Part shown: in pieces, positions 12,752-27,352 of the stretch
How the letters are laid out: each line of letters opens with the position of its first letter
Position numbering within the stretch: the first letter of the stretch is position 1
DNA from: Oculina patagonica
Lineage: Eukaryota
DNA: 64,000 nucleotides
Reading direction: 5' to 3'
Assembly: GCF_052425735.1 (NCBI RefSeq)
Contig: NC_135759.1
Location: 1,116,001 to 1,180,000, forward strand
Translations under genes and position numbers: made by a program
Notes under the pieces: generated by a model
The model's database searches: none
The model's input: only the letters and a program-made list of their open reading frames with translations
Told to the model about the DNA's origin: nothing

Positions 12752-15028
12752 ATGAAGGTAAGGGAACTGTTTAGTAATGAAACAATATTTGATATCTCCT
12801 GCTGTCCGGCTTACCAAATTGCATATTCAAAAGGTTCATGAATCGAGTTAAGAATGGCAATAGAAACGCATTTTCGAAAAGGAAAACCAATTTTCTCCGC
12901 AGAATATACATGTTCCTAAAAGTGTGCCTTTTCCTCCCTAAACATTGTGCAACGAAACACTATCTGTTGCCACAAGAAGGTTTTATCGCCATTAAAGAGA
13001 GGAGTAGGGAACGTTTTCAACTAATTTTGACAGAGAATGTTGAACAACAATTCTATTCCCTTTGTGAGAATGCAATAATTCTTACGAGTTTGCTTTGGAA
13101 CTCGATCAGAGAGCCATTTCCAGACTTTCCATTTAGATCGCTGTAGCAAATGTACCGTCTAACCGCCGCCAAGAAAAGTCACATGAACCTTTTTGCCATA
13201 ATGGGGTATTTAAACTTGGGCGTTTTTAGTTAGTTTATTTTTTTTTTTTTTGCCTTTATTTTTGGCTTTTTTAATCGATTTTCATTTTACGATTCGGCCT
13301 AGCTCGTTGAACTTATTTTTACATTTGCTTGCTAAAATATTCAAATCGACGTGGTATATTTTAAGCGCGACCCATACTGAGTTCGAAATCAATTTGGCAG
13401 TCCCAATAAAGAAAACAATACGTCAAGTTGTAAAAACTAATACATCGGTGAATACTAATTTTATTACATTAGCAGGGATTATTATGTTGACAGATTAATA
13501 AATTTTCTTTTGTTTTGTTTCACAATATACGATTGTAAGGGCGCATAGAAAAACATTAAACGATTTCTTCAATTTTTCGGAAGGAAAAACCCTATAAGCG
13601 GATGTGTAAAGACTGATTCAGAGGCAAAAAATTTATTACACCTGTGCACCGTTCGATTATGATAGCACTTGTGAGGTCTTTTTTTAATCAAACAATGTTT
13701 AATTTGTTTGATTTGTACTGACGGCGCCGCAGTTGTTTGTTCAAAACTGCAATGTTTTCACAATTAGCGATCGAACTAATCAGAACGGTATGTTTTAATT
13801 TTAACCAATCAGGAGTAAAACTAATGCCAGCCGCGTCTTGTCGCAAACGTATTTTCCCGCGCTTGGCAGCACATGTTGCGTTGTTTGATTGGTTCACTGG
13901 GTGTGACCGATGAGTTATAGTTTCTTTGGGTGTTTCAGTGCAATGCAGTCTAATCATCTCAAAAAAACTTTAGAAAGCCGTGCATAAACAGTCTTTTTAA
14001 AATTAATGAACTTGTTCTGTATTTTAGCAGGTTTTTATTGAATTTGACATAATAGTTCATAAAAATATTTCTGCTCTAGAAATCATCTCTCTTTTTACGT
14101 TTCTTAAGTCAAAGAACCTCTCCATCTGTTTAATTTCATTTCATATTATTTTCAGGTTTTAGTAAAGCCAGTTTTACTCACAGTTACGATGCTTATACTG
14201 ATAGCCAGTCGTGTGAACTCCTTGCCCAACAAAAGTGCACGCGACGTCCAAGACATGGAAGCCTTTCCTAGAAGCCGAGAGGTAGGAGACCGAGATGTTA
14301 CCAAAGGCAAGGGCCTCGCACAAAATGATGAATATGGGCCTTCCGTTCATCCTTGTTTCAACACCACGGTTAATCACACCGTCACTACTCAAGAAGGTGA
14401 AGAAGTCCTATGTTTGGTGCCTTCCGAAAAGGAGCTGATGAAAGACCTTGAAGCCTTCGGAGGATTCAACAGACATTACGTCGCAGTCAACATAGAAAAG
14501 GCCGGAGAAGATTTTGAAAATCCCTTCAAACCAATTGCCAATCCTAATCCAAAACCGATATCATGGTCAAGCAAATTCACCGGAAGGCGTCGACGCTCCA
14601 TGGACGAAAAGAAAAACACCTTTCCTAGCGAAGAAGTTCATGGCCGTGTTAAAAGAGCTGCGAATGTTGGGCTTCAGACCTGTGAACGTACAGGTACCCA
14701 GACTTCAGTGGGGTTTTATCAACTCTGCGACGAATGCTGGTGGATCAGAAGGTTGCCAGACGATAGGTTCCCTCGGTACATCAACGAAAAAATCTGCGGA
14801 GTAGATGGCAACAGTGATTCCACATTCAGTGGTCAGTTCTGCAGCGGACGTTCCGACGGTTTTTGTCTTCAGCGGTCGTTTACGCAGGATCTTCTGGTCA
14901 GAACCAACCAGTATGTGCGGATTTCGTCACCCGACCCAAAATACAGCGTGGTCTACAAGCAGGTTTGGAAACAGTACGCCCAGGAAATCAGAAGCTGTTG
15001 TCAATGTCAGAACATGTCGCCGCCTTAG
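12752..15028 (+). CDS. Cystine-knot family gene 3 (subfamily I), intact prepro-protein
   Basis: Coding exon 12752-12757 (ATG AAG|GTAAG) and acceptor tttcag|14156. Signal peptide, HPC..LC, GGFNRHYVA, RRRR and RVKR sites, then a 9-Cys domain LCDEC..DRFPRYINEKIC..IRSCCQC. Confidence 0.88.
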
Positions 15029-16149
15029 ATCTCTATTTTTTTCTAGCCTTGGGGAAAGGGGGTACTTCCAGGGAGTTTGGGTACGCAGGCTCTATCGACC
15101 GGCCTTGCCCTTTAGTCATTTTGTCATAACATATCAGACTTGATATTTTAAGATCTTCACTTACTTCATCTTGTAATTGTCTTTAATCGCATTTACTCAA
15201 ATTCAATCCTTGGGTTTGTTTTTCATTTACATTTTAAAATTATGACCAATAATAATGTATACGCCATGTTGATACGTAAAATTAGACTAAAAGCCCAAAT
15301 CTATAACAATATTCTGAATTATGACTGCTCTAAAACCTCTTCCTCTTAGGGCGGCATATATCGGTGTAAATGATAGCACACCACCATCCCCCGCCCCCCT
15401 TCCCCACAAAGCTCACTGGCAGTGTGTAGCATTGCTATTCATAGCGTAGCGATGAGTAGCTTCTTAAGTTCCGGTGTGTATTTAGTTAGGATCCGTGAAA
15501 ATCCATGTAAAACGTCCATTTAGCAACCTTAGAAAAAAGAAGTTTTACTTAGTTGGCAAACTCTTCAATCAAAGGTTTAGATAACCGTATTGTTTGCTGA
15601 GTTTGGGCTGGCGCGAATTGAACCAATAACTACCTAAATCGAAGCAAATTGTTAGATTGATTGAAACTAGAAAGTAAAGGGTTAAATTAAACTTATTCTA
15701 AATATTATCTTCCCCTGGCACTATAGCCACTTAATTTTATTTTAGGCCAACACGGATTGACCATAATGTTGAATCTCTTAAATTAGTTTTGAATACCCGG
15801 AAAGTCCTGCTGTACTCCACTGACTGTTTTCATATTGATAATAAATATTGTCAAGACATGTTTATTATTAAAATGAATTTTGTAAGTCAAGATTGTTAGC
15901 TTCTTTTAATAATGCTTGTTACCTTAGCCTAAGAACATGCCCTATATACCACCAAGAAGCTATTTTAAACACAAGTTATGTTATCTTCCCTGATTGCACC
16001 CATAGTCCCGCATCTTGAAACCGTATTTATTTCAGACCAAAATTTGTCATTTTTTTCAACCCTATTTCAGGCCAAAAGGCACTTCTAAAGAGAAGAATAA
16101 TGGAAAAAAGTTTATTTTCAAAACCACAGGGAATTTGAGACCAGGGTAA

Positions 16150-16435
16150 AAGGTAAAATCTGCGTTCGAGCCAAGTGGCCCATGAGGCCGGAGCTTATCT
16201 GGTTTCAGTAGCATGAAGCAACTAGGAGTATTTTTACTCCCCCTGAATAGGATACTACTCCATTGCAGGTTCCCCTAGCATTAACTTCGCCTGTACCCAT
16301 TTATATACCTGGGTCGAGTGAGGCACTAGTACTGTGATGGTTAGGTCTCTTGCCCAAAAACATAACGCAATGATCCCGGCCAGCGCTGGACGGTTCGATC
16401 TGGAGTCCAGCACGCTAACCATTAGGCCACCGCCA
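16150..16435 (-). mobile_element. tRNA-derived SINE
   Basis: The reverse strand begins GGCGGTGGCCTAATGGTTAGCGTGCTGGACTCC (A-box-like), followed by a ttgggcaaga..cccaggtatataaatgggtac core. Related copies at ~57925-58210 and ~59945-60235. Confidence 0.75.
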
Positions 16436-16597
16436 TTCCCTCGAGTCCAGAGAGCACAAACCATATCCTATTTCAGAAATAACTGAACTGAGCAAAAAAA
16501 GTACTTAGTCATCTTACAACAGTTACAAGACTAAAGTTACGGCGCACGGGGCCCGATGAATTAAATATAGAAAAATATTACCAGTGTTGTGTCAGAG

Positions 16598-16714
16598 AGA
16601 CTATTTTTCAAAAATTCAAGGCTGATCAGACTGGTTTGAAATTTTAAAACTCTTCATTAATGATCCCCAATTTTAAAACAAGTCTGATCAGCCTTGTATT
16701 TGTGAAAAAGAGTC
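16598..16714. repeat. Imperfect hairpin/MITE remnant
   Basis: caaggctgatcagact ... agtctgatcagccttg inverted arms. Confidence 0.7.
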
Positions 16715-16834
16715 TGTTAAAATTTCATTGTTGATTCTGATTTACAAAAATATCCAGCTACAATTTGCTCCTGTTTGTCCGAATGTTCCTTGCCTTGTTT
16801 ACCCAAAGACTCTGATATTGTATCAGTCAGAATT

Positions 16835-18853
16835 TTACCACACTTGACATTCGCAGCAGCTACGAATTCTCTGAGTGTAAGGCTTCCAGACTTGCTTGTA
16901 AGCTTTGGGAAACTTATCAGGATTAGGAGAAGGAACCTCTACATAATTTTCAGTCTTTACCAGAAAATCTATCAATAAAAAACGTTGAATACACATTCCT
17001 TGATTATTATCACAGCACAAAGTGTCCTCCTTTAGACTTGGTATTTCATCGCTGCATGAAACCTCGTTTATGTATCGCGGGAAACGATCGGAACTCAACC
17101 GAGATATTCGTTGACATTCGGAACACAAGCGAATCATGCCGAGCTCTGTTCGATCACCGCGATTAATACAACGAGTCTTCTTTGAGCTCACTATGTTATT
17201 TTCCAGGTCTGTATCGCGTGACACAGCCCTTTTGTTGCGTGACACTGCAGACAAAAGGTGACTCCATATGATAGGGAAAGGCTTGGCTTCTTTCCTGGGA
17301 GATGTCGGGGGAGGAGGAGGGAGCAGACTGGCGAATTTGTCAGCTTCCTCTTTCGTTACCGCTGCGTAATGTTTGTTGAGGCCTCCGATGTCTTTTAGCT
17401 GCTCTTTAAGCTCTTCTTCTGTGGGAACCATGCACAAAATTAAACTTGTACCGGCGAGGATTGTGCCATTGGTCATAGATCCTTTGCAAGGGTGGTGACG
17501 TCTTTCGTGATCACTGCGGCTCAGTACTACACGCGTGATTTGATGCGTAGATGAAGAGTTCGCGAGTTCACGCGCATGCATCGAAACCACAATAAATGAA
17601 GTTGTTAACAACAGAATTACCTGAGTGAATGGAAGGAACAAATTTAAGGTTAGTTTTCATGTTTAAAATGTGATAAAAATGAAGATAAAGATTTGATTTG
17701 TGCGAGATTTTACTGATTAAAAGCTGATAAAAGAAAATTTCAGGAACCGTGAGAAATTAAACAACAAAAAACCAACAGATCGCCAACAAACAAAAGAAGG
17801 AGACAAAATGAAAATTGGTAACCGGTGGGAGTAAATCACTGATCGGTAAAAATTATGTTTCTAGGCAAAATAATTGCTAAAAGTAATAACTGCAAATGTA
17901 CACGGATCCAGAGTTTCAGAGTTCCGGTCCAAATTCAAAGAAAAAGTGAGCACTCATTAAGTCAGACCATTGTTAAACATCGCAAAACACAATAGCCTGA
18001 CTTAATGAGTGCTCATTTTTCTTTTGAATTTAGACCGGAACTCTGAAACTCTGGATCCGTGTATTGCTAGTTACTTCACAATATTCATATTAAAAACAAT
18101 TTCGACGTCCATGTTTGCGGACATTTAATATCGTTAACAAGTAAAAGTGTAGACTTTATCCCTGACCCATTACCAAGTGGTAAGCAACCCATAGCATGTT
18201 ACCCCCCGGTACATAATTTTGTAAGGACTTTCAGCAACTTGTCTGTGTAAAAGTTCATTTTATACACCTAAGGTTGAAAGGGTCACAGTGAAAAGAAAGA
18301 TTCTTGCTGGCAACACGAGGACAATAAAACAGATATTCGAACTCTCGAACCCACTTTTAGATCACTGCAGTCCGTATTTTGAACAAAAAAGCCAAAGAAA
18401 TTGGACCACCAATTGTAGGTTTAAGGGGCTATGTCATGGATTTTACCAAATTTTTAAACAGCCAAAATTTATATTTGTACTGTAAGAAACCTAAAAATAA
18501 TGGTCCATTTTCATTAACAATTGCCATATTAGAGCATTGAAACTGTAAACAAGCGTCTTTGGCTGCGGATGGCTCAGATGGAAATGGATTGCGACTTGAA
18601 AAATTAAGGCTTAATTTTTCAAATGGTTTTTGCGTGTCTTCAAAAAATCGGTATTTTTTGCAGTGGTTTGATTCCTCACAGCAAATTACGGTTATATCTT
18701 CCTTAAGATGTTCAAAGAGAATGATTTCCATGGGTTAAGTTGGCTAGTACTAATTTCAGAGCAGTTTAGACCAAAAATCTGCTAAATCCACGTGACGTAG
18801 CCTCAATAAAGAATATTGTTATCGCAGTTTATCTTACTTACTTGTGGATGCAT
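16835..18853 (-). CDS. Cystine-knot family gene 4 (subfamily I), intact
   Basis: Coding exon 18853-18842 (ATG CAT CCA CAA|GTAAGT) and acceptor actcag|17620 give MHPQVILLLTTSFIVVSMHA. HPC..LC, GGLNKHYAA, RNKR site, LCSEC..DRFPRYINEVSC..IRSCCEC. Confidence 0.88.
17901..18061. mobile_element. Palindromic MITE in the intron of gene 4
   Basis: About 70-bp near-perfect arms cacggatccagagtttcagagttccggt / accggaactctgaaactctggatccgtg, flanked by TA. Confidence 0.85.
18423..18803. mobile_element. Probable MITE
   Basis: Imperfect terminal inverted repeats ggggctatgtcatggattt / aaatccacgtgacgtagcctc. Confidence 0.5.
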
Positions 18854-19241
18854 TTTCACTCCATAAATCACGACAATCATCTAAAATCATAAGTTAAAAC
18901 ATGGACGAAGAAATGAATTTAAAATGACCTTATTATTATTACCCTCAGATCTCGTTATTTCACCTGCAAGAAGTCTTTACAGATCACGTCAACCTGGAGG
19001 AAGTACGAACAATGACAATAACACACATTATGGATCAGCTGGTGAAAGAACAAAAAAAGGGATTGCCTTAGTAAACAAAAACGACAGATAGGATTTAACG
19101 TGGGTAAATGGATGATTAAAAAATGTCATTTTGTTTGATGATCTAAAAGCTTGTACTCAATCAGCACGTGTCAAACCCACGGCCTGCTGATTTCCTATCG
19201 TGAAAGATTTCAGTACTTTTATATAAAATGATCGCTATCTT

Positions 19242-19517
19242 TAGAGCGGTTTTCACTTGAGTTTCGAAAGTAATTCTCGTTTACTTTGGTTTTGCATTAT
19301 TGCGCTTAGTGATTGGCTCAAAAAACTCGCGCCATTTTCTCAGCCAATCAGAAGTAAACCAAAACCAATCTCGCGCATGTTTTCCCGCGCTTCGTGCCGG
19401 CTAGATGTATTTGCTTTGAGTTTTGCTTGGTTCACTGGATTGTCTGTGTCCTTTGTGATTGGCCAGAGTGATTGCTTTGGTTTTGGTTTTTACGACACTC
19501 AATTGAAAACTGCTCTA
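19242..19517. mobile_element. MITE
   Basis: TIR tagagcggttttca / tgaaaactgctcta; internal gattggc/gccaatc motifs. Confidence 0.7.
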
Positions 19518-22500
19518 TACGTACAGTGAATGAAAATTACTCCCTCATTGTGCCCAGAATTTGCTAGTACGTCATGCTACGCAAGCTTCTAATCACACAA
19601 TTCGGCTCAAATTACATTTTGGCTTTCGAAATTTTACTGCAGTTAAACATAGATATTTCGGCAACACGAAAAACGGTGTTGTTTAAATGTGCGTGCAAAG
19701 TCTGATAAATGGCCGGGAGTGAATGTGCCAGCCCTTCAAACTCGAAAGGTGACTGGCTCAGCTAAAAATCATTACAATTTTGAAAAATCATGTAGCATTT
19801 TTAATTTAAAGAATTTCGTGTGGTTTCCCACGAAGTAACAACTGAAATCAAACGTAAATATCATTTACATATAATAAGACGGAATTCTTCTAACTAGTTT
19901 TAGTACAGGTCTTAGGAAGTGCATCGGTGAAAAATGAATTTCCTGGATTTCAAGTTATTGAGTGATTACCAGTTGTACAAACGATAGTCGACTGAAAACG
20001 AGTCGACGGCGACTCACGATCGTGTTCGTGGTCACTCGGCAATGTTCGGTGTCTCATAATGACGGCGATAAAAAATAGACAAGGTAGTTGACATTACCCT
20101 CCACATTTGTTGAATTTCAACAATTAAAAGAGTTGTTTGGATGTATCGCCAAATTTTCCAAGAACTAACTTTGAAAGAATGTATGGCAGGCGATTAATTA
20201 GGGCGACGAGGTGTAATTTACTTGTAAAAATTCTTTTAGCCAAGAGCGCATCGTTCTGCTTCAAGTTAAAACTGAACTTGAAAGCGTTGACTCATGTGCA
20301 TCAAACACGTAGTAGTTGAAAATCGCAGATTTTATGATTCTAGATATATTCATTTCTGTCTTTACTTTGAACACTTCATTACACTCGTAAAACACTGTGA
20401 CAGGTAAGCCCACAAGGACAAACACATCTATGTCAAGTATTTAAAACAAATAAAACTGATCGATAAGACACGCTAATTCCCAGCCCGAGAAAAGAAACAC
20501 GGTTAGAAATTGTGAGGATGAAATTAAACGAGAAATCTTAAATTTACGTATCTTTGAAACACTAACTAATATTGGATCTGTATTTAGTCTTTGTTTATAA
20601 TTACCTCTTTCGTTTGCAAAGCCACTTTGGGTGCATACTGTATATGTAATCATGGTGATTTTATGATTTTAGAGTAAATTAATGACGTACGTGAAGAGTA
20701 CATGGGGTGTATAATCTCAGAAAACAAGGCTCAATTTGGAAAAAAAAAATCTTCTACTGAGCTATTATTAGAAGAAAAATCAGTGATTAATTTTAATTTT
20801 AAAATCATCATTCTTTAAGGTTCTATTCACAGTCAGCTCCCGTAAACATCCTTTTCCTCCCCGTTTCATGTTTTCTTAACCAACCCAGTTATTCTTGTTT
20901 ATTTCATATTAGCCGGAACCATTCTGGCTTAGATGCCTTTTACGGAAGCCGAGACTGGAGGAACTGCTGAAAGTGTGATGATTTTGAAGGTTGAAATTGA
21001 GGCGTGAATATCTCTCGTAAGCGATCTTATGAAAACCATAAATGACCTTATTTGTATTAAAACGGTTTTAAATGCAAATTTTTAACTTGTTTTGCTCTAA
21101 ATGCCTGTGATTTCTTACTTTATTTAAATTACTATATGCTACACATAGCTTCTTGATAAAGATTTACCTTGCTGAAATTAATCAAAATTGGTATTTTGAG
21201 GACTTAATCGAAGTACAAGCCGCAAACTGTTTATGTGTATTTTTTATTTTTATTCGTTTTAACGGGGAATTCCCAAGGTGTACGCCTTCCCAATACTAGG
21301 GGGCCTTAAGCACTTTGTGACGTTTGCTGACATGTAGCGTCGCTAAGCACCGGTATCAGACCGGTAAATAAACATTGTATTTCCTGACCTTTAAAATGTC
21401 ACGCGATTTGCAAATAGACACAAAATTAGTACGATAATTGTCTAGAATACTAAAAATATACAGTATTAACTACTTATCTTTAAAAAATTCCCGTTTCTTT
21501 AATTAGCAAAAAATTTAAATGTTAAGACTCGTCAGCAGATTGTTTGAGAAATTAATGCTGGCCGAAAAAGGTAGCCGTCACATGTATTTAAATTTAGCGT
21601 GGAAGTAATGTTGATTTTTAACTTTGGCGGACAAACCAAACCAGTGGGGGAAAAAGAGTAAATTAACTACTACAAATACATATCTATAACTAGACTTTCT
21701 CAAAGTATAGGCAAGTCTAATCTAGAACGGAGTTATATTGATATAGATTACGTTGCCGATATCACTTTCGAGATATTTCGTGGCACTATAATATATTATG
21801 TTGTTTGTTTTTAAGCAGTTTTAGTGGACCATTTATATGTCATGAAAAAATTTCAGACAAAAATTGCAGTCAGATTTCGAACATAGAAATAAAAAATGAT
21901 AACAAATAAATAAGAAGTTTTGTAGGGAGAGATAAAAGGCAGTATTATAAAAGTGGTTGGCATTAGTGACGGCGTTTATTCATGGCGTGATCATAAAATG
22001 TAGTCGCCTACGCTGTATGCCGTTTAGACAATCTTTTAAAGGCATCTTAGTGAGCGAACAAAGTTAAAAAAACAAAGTTATAAACATTATCTGTATTAAA
22101 CATGCTCTCATATATGACCATCGTCATATGCCAAGGTCTAGCCGCATATTATATAGCCCAATTTTAGTGGTAATTGTAACTGAATTACTCTCAACTTCTA
22201 TTTATAAAATATATATAGACTTGACTGAAATAACTTTTGCCGTGGTGACATGAAACACATCATCACATTTTCACTTGCCAACAAAACAGTATACAAACAG
22301 GAACTATAATATGACGTTAAGCCATATGTACTTTCTGTCAAAGAAATTACCTCTTCAGCAAAAATAACAGGAACATAAACTCGCTGTAACCATAACGCCC
22401 TTTAATGCGCTGAAAGGAAATGAGTCCGGAAATCGCGTCAACAGCTCCAGACAGCCGTTCCGCGTATTCGCATTCTTAAATGTATATTTTCAAAATCATT

Positions 22501-22784
22501 TAAAGTACAATAGTACATAAAAGCAATATAAGTAATATTAATGGTTTTCTTTCTGCAAAGTTAAGAAGGTTTCAAGAAGTATTTCTGATAGAAATTATGG
22601 TAGATAAGCTAAGTTTGAAGAGCGAAAAAGCAAACAAAGTAATCTCGCCTATTTCCTCGTTTTCGATATCTGTCCACCTTCATGTTTGCCCTTCCGTCGT
22701 AACCAATATAGAACAATGATGTAAAAGCGTGTAGCGGCCCTGGAGATTACGTTGAAGGGACTGCCCCGGGTGATTCTTATGCGG

Positions 22785-22885
22785 TATAAATACAGGGCAA
22801 TTTTGGGCTAGCACAGTCAAGAAACTTGTGGGCAACAAAAACCCGCTCAACTGAAGACTGACAAGAAAGATAGCGAAACAGAAAG
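22785..22885 (+). promoter_or_regulatory. TATA box and non-coding exon 1 of gene 5
   Basis: GTATAAATACAGG, then cacagtc about 28 nt downstream and donor GAAAG|GTAT; conserved in 4 other paralogs. Confidence 0.75.
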
Positions 22886-23826
22886 GTATGTTGAAATCTG
22901 CAAAGCTCTCAGTTTCGTTTAACTTGGAAGAAAATCAACACCATACGCTACTTGCAAAAGTTAGTTATCGGCTTTTTCAAACAATAATTGCCTAATGTAG
23001 GTCGAAAAGCCAGAGAGATAGTTAAATTTGTGTTCAACGATTTAAATTCAGGCTATGAAATCTTTCAGTTGACACTGCGAGTACACTGCGAGTACCAACT
23101 AAAAGAAGTGCCGAACAGGTCATTTTTTTACCTTTCATTCTGGTATCAAACTTTCATTTTTTTATACGTTTATACTTTTAGTATACAAATTGTTTCTCAA
23201 TTAATAATTTGTATTCATATTTGCCGATCTGGCAAAATTGATTAACGAATTTTCTGTGTCAATATGGCTCGATTAGAGATTTAGTAGGGCATGTTGGGCG
23301 CATGCTTTGCTCAATGGGGCTAATATGATTACAAACCAAAAAAACCTACATATATATTAGAAAACAATGGCCATATATACCTGGTATAGAAGTCTTCGGG
23401 ATGCCAAGCGACCCTATGTTATAGGTTTTATTTTTAATTTTTTTTACGCTTTTTCCTGGAATACGATTATCGAAACCAATTTGTTTGCTAACATTGGGGA
23501 AAACGACACTTGCGACAAGCTGATAGACTGACAAGGAAATAAAAATCAGGGTTCCTTCGAAATCTTCGTCAAAGAAATAATTATAATTACGCAGTTGCAT
23601 GAAGTCAATTCCTTTTGAACATTAGTTTAGAAGTTGGAAGAGGCCATTTTGCTGAATTTCACATTAAATTGATGACTCAGATTGTAGCGCCAACAGCCTC
23701 GTTTAAAAAAACCTGCGCGCTTTAATTTCGTAACTGACAAGGGAAATTGAAAAAAAAAAACACTATACTAAACATACATTTAACTTTTGTTATCGTTAAT
23801 TTCAGCTAGATTTTATCTACCACAAA

Positions 23827-25189
23827 ATGGACACTAAAATACTGGTAAGTGCCTACTCTTCTCAATGTCAGACATACAATTAAAAAAAAAAAACAGTAGG
23901 AAAGATTGAGAAAACCCGTAGTCATTTTCCGGAGCCTGAAAACCTCCGGAGACGGGAAAAAGCAAACATACTGATGCAATAAATCAGTTTGGAGTAAATA
24001 AGGCTATTACATATGTACCACAGTACTATACTTTTAAACAAGAAATCCGTTTCATTTGAAGATGAATCTAAAACACGCCCATTTTATTTCTTTATTTTAA
24101 TCTATTAAACTTCCGTCAGGAAAGGCCGGAAACTGTATAAGAGCACAACTTCGAAACTAGCACATAATGAGATAAATTGGTACTGATCGTTTTTACGGTC
24201 TAAAAGGCTATGTAAATGAATGCAACTTTGGTCAGAAGGGACAATATGACAAAACGAGAGAAATGAAAGAAACTCTCCCAAAGAAATTGTAACGGCTATA
24301 TTAGAGGAAAAAAAATATTTTTATCGGAAGTAGAATGCAAATAGATTAGGAATGAAACGGGATTAATCATCAATGCCAGAAGAGAACCTGGCTGAATCTA
24401 ACTAGAAAAGCTGTCAAATTCCTTTCGGGAATTCGAAAAACACATCATAAAGACGGCGCGAATGGTGTTAACAGTAAAAATCATCTCTCTCTTTTTCTTT
24501 CTTTTCAGCTCGCTCTAACAGTCCTGGCTGTAATCAGCTGCCTGCAGTTTACAACAGTCAGTGGTCTTCCTACCGCCAGAGAAGAACTTGGTTCAGGGGC
24601 TGAAGAAACAGATGGCAACCAAACGGACTGGACGATTTCACCACTGAGACTACTCCGCGAAAAACGCCAAGTGTGCAAGTCTTACAGCCGTGCACAGCTA
24701 GTGAGAAAACTCAACAAACTAGGCACTAAGCTAGGAGCAAGCTCGTATGGCGGTTACAATCGACGATACATGGCGATTACCTGGAAGGAGGCAAGGAAAT
24801 TTCCTAGTCTTGTAACAACTGTGGGCGCGTCACCACTGAACGCTTCCGCGATTCAGCTCAACCTCCCCTATAAACCCCCCTCACGAGTGGGTACTTTGAC
24901 GTCACGCGCAAACTGTCACACAACGGACGGTGGTTTGTTACGCATGTGTAGTGCATGTCCTGCAGTCACGTTCCTGGGTCACGACAGGATTCCGAAATAC
25001 ATCAACGAGGTCACGTGCGGGCAAACCATGTGCTCACATGGAGTGATTGGCATGTGTCAGAATGCCGTCATGCATCAGCAGTTTTTGTATAAGACAGGAA
25101 GGTGTGATCCACGTACAGGATACGAAGAAGTATTGCCTTACACCCAGGCAATACGAGTATGCTGTGAATGTCTGGTCTTTCCCAGTTAA
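23827..25189 (+). CDS. Cystine-knot family gene 5 (subfamily II, type A), intact
   Basis: Coding exon 23827-23844 (MDTKIL|GTAAGT) and acceptor ttttcag|24509 are in frame with ORF 24671-25189. Signal peptide LALTVLAVISCLQFTTVSG, REKR site, 11 Cys after the signal. Confidence 0.9.
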
Positions 25190-26740
25190 CTTTGAATGAA
25201 TAAAGAACTGAGTTACACAGTAAAGAAAAATATGAATGAATTTACTATTTATAAAATTATTAAAGTTTTTTTCGGTTTTTAACAGTTGTATACAGAAATG
25301 TAGAAATAATAAAACAGAGTGAACATATATTTTATTTTGTTGCAATTGTAAAAACAAGTTATTTTAATAAAACAGTGACGGAGAGTGGAGCTTGTGTAAT
25401 GTAGTCTGATACAGTTTTATCAACAAAGACATTATCCTTACTGTTCTCATTCTTTTCAAAAAGTACTGGTTGGGAGAATCTGATGGAAACTAGTAACCCC
25501 TAAAAAATATCCCCTATAGGAGTGTTTCTTGTCTAGCCCCAGATTGATCGGCATTCGACCCAGCAGCCAATGCTGGCTCTGCCCAGATTCTAATGACACT
25601 TTTGCATACTTCTTACTTTCCTAGAATCGGAATTGAAAGTTGTTTTAGTGATAATTCACGTCGAAAGAAAATTCACTGCGAGTGTATGTTATCCTCAATT
25701 TATAAACCTTGTCCTTTTCGTGCTGAAACTGAAGGCAACTCTAATGTGACATTACTTTAATTTTTAAGCTGGGTCTCCGGTGATTTTTATTATGAACATT
25801 TAAAACCTGTGCCCTTATATCCCTTTCACTGCAAAGTCCATTATTAGACAATATTTCAGAATAATTTGTTTGCACTTTTTTCTCACAATTTTTTATCTAC
25901 ATCTTCAAACTCTGTTTTTTTAACGGTTTTATGACAATAACATATTTTTCCAAGGAAAGTGGGGTTCTGAGTTACTTGCTGTTTGAGCAAAAAGGCCAAA
26001 ACGGGCAAACTAAAAAAAAAATGTTTCCTTCTTAAGCAGCCTTTATTTACTAACCCATCTCAGTGACTATGAATTTTGCTAATAAGAGCTAACTTTCTTT
26101 CAATGTCTTATCATTCTGACAACATAATGTAGCGCATGACATTAAGCAATTTCCTAAGAAAGGTGCAAATCAGGGTAAATTGGCATTAATGTATTAAAAG
26201 TTTTACGTTTCCAAAATCTTCATTTTCTCTACCGTATTTTTTCTCTTGATTCATGTATATTCCCATACATAACCATTAAGAGAAGATATCCACATGTGGA
26301 CCTGAAGTAATTTCTAATCCCCCCATTTCTGTACGGGTGATACGCATCACGTTTTCACTTACCATACACGATGACGTAAAGGCTAGGTACTTTCTGTTCA
26401 AGAAATTACAAATTCAGCAAAAACATCAGGAAAACAAAACAAACAGGAACATTAGCTCAACTGTAACTTAATTGCCTTTGTTATGCACATAAAGGAAATT
26501 GGTCCGGAAATCGACTTCTTTTAAATTGTTTAAAAGCAAAATGCAGTTATTAGGTTTATTTCTGGTTGACATAATCGAATAGTTAACGGCAGAAAGACAA
26601 CATTGCAATTTTGTCCATTTCCTTGGTTTTTCTTCATTTGTCACAGTGCAGAATGAACAGTGATGCTATTTGTCAAAATGTCGCGGACCCGACATATTAG
26701 GACGAAAGGATTCCTCTGGATTACTATGCTTTTAATGCAG

Positions 26741-26848
26741 TATAAATACAGGACAATTTTCTGGTTAGCACAGTCAAGGTGCAACTAGTGAAGAACAGAA
26801 GTTACACTGACTGAACTGGAGAAAAGCAAAAGATACTGAAACAGAAAG
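26741..26848 (+). promoter_or_regulatory. TATA box and non-coding exon 1 of a type B gene, cut by the assembly gap
   Basis: Near-identical reverse complement of 47926-48033; donor GAAAG|GTAT lies immediately before the Ns. Confidence 0.8.
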
Positions 26849-26852
26849 GTAT

Positions 26853-27352
26853 NNNNNNNNNNNNNNNNNNNNNNNNNNNNNNNNNNNNNNNNNNNNNNNN
26901 NNNNNNNNNNNNNNNNNNNNNNNNNNNNNNNNNNNNNNNNNNNNNNNNNNNNNNNNNNNNNNNNNNNNNNNNNNNNNNNNNNNNNNNNNNNNNNNNNNNN
27001 NNNNNNNNNNNNNNNNNNNNNNNNNNNNNNNNNNNNNNNNNNNNNNNNNNNNNNNNNNNNNNNNNNNNNNNNNNNNNNNNNNNNNNNNNNNNNNNNNNNN
27101 NNNNNNNNNNNNNNNNNNNNNNNNNNNNNNNNNNNNNNNNNNNNNNNNNNNNNNNNNNNNNNNNNNNNNNNNNNNNNNNNNNNNNNNNNNNNNNNNNNNN
27201 NNNNNNNNNNNNNNNNNNNNNNNNNNNNNNNNNNNNNNNNNNNNNNNNNNNNNNNNNNNNNNNNNNNNNNNNNNNNNNNNNNNNNNNNNNNNNNNNNNNN
27301 NNNNNNNNNNNNNNNNNNNNNNNNNNNNNNNNNNNNNNNNNNNNNNNNNNNN
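26853..27352. other. Scaffold gap (500 N)
   Basis: Run of N. Confidence 0.99.

Noticed and set aside
16380-16435. tRNA gene
   Set aside because: This is the tRNA-like head of a SINE; no full cloverleaf, and the B-box region is degenerate.
19600-22300. Short ORFs in the divergent gene 4 / gene 5 intergenic region
   Set aside because: Under 90 aa, low complexity, with no recognisable motifs or paralog support.
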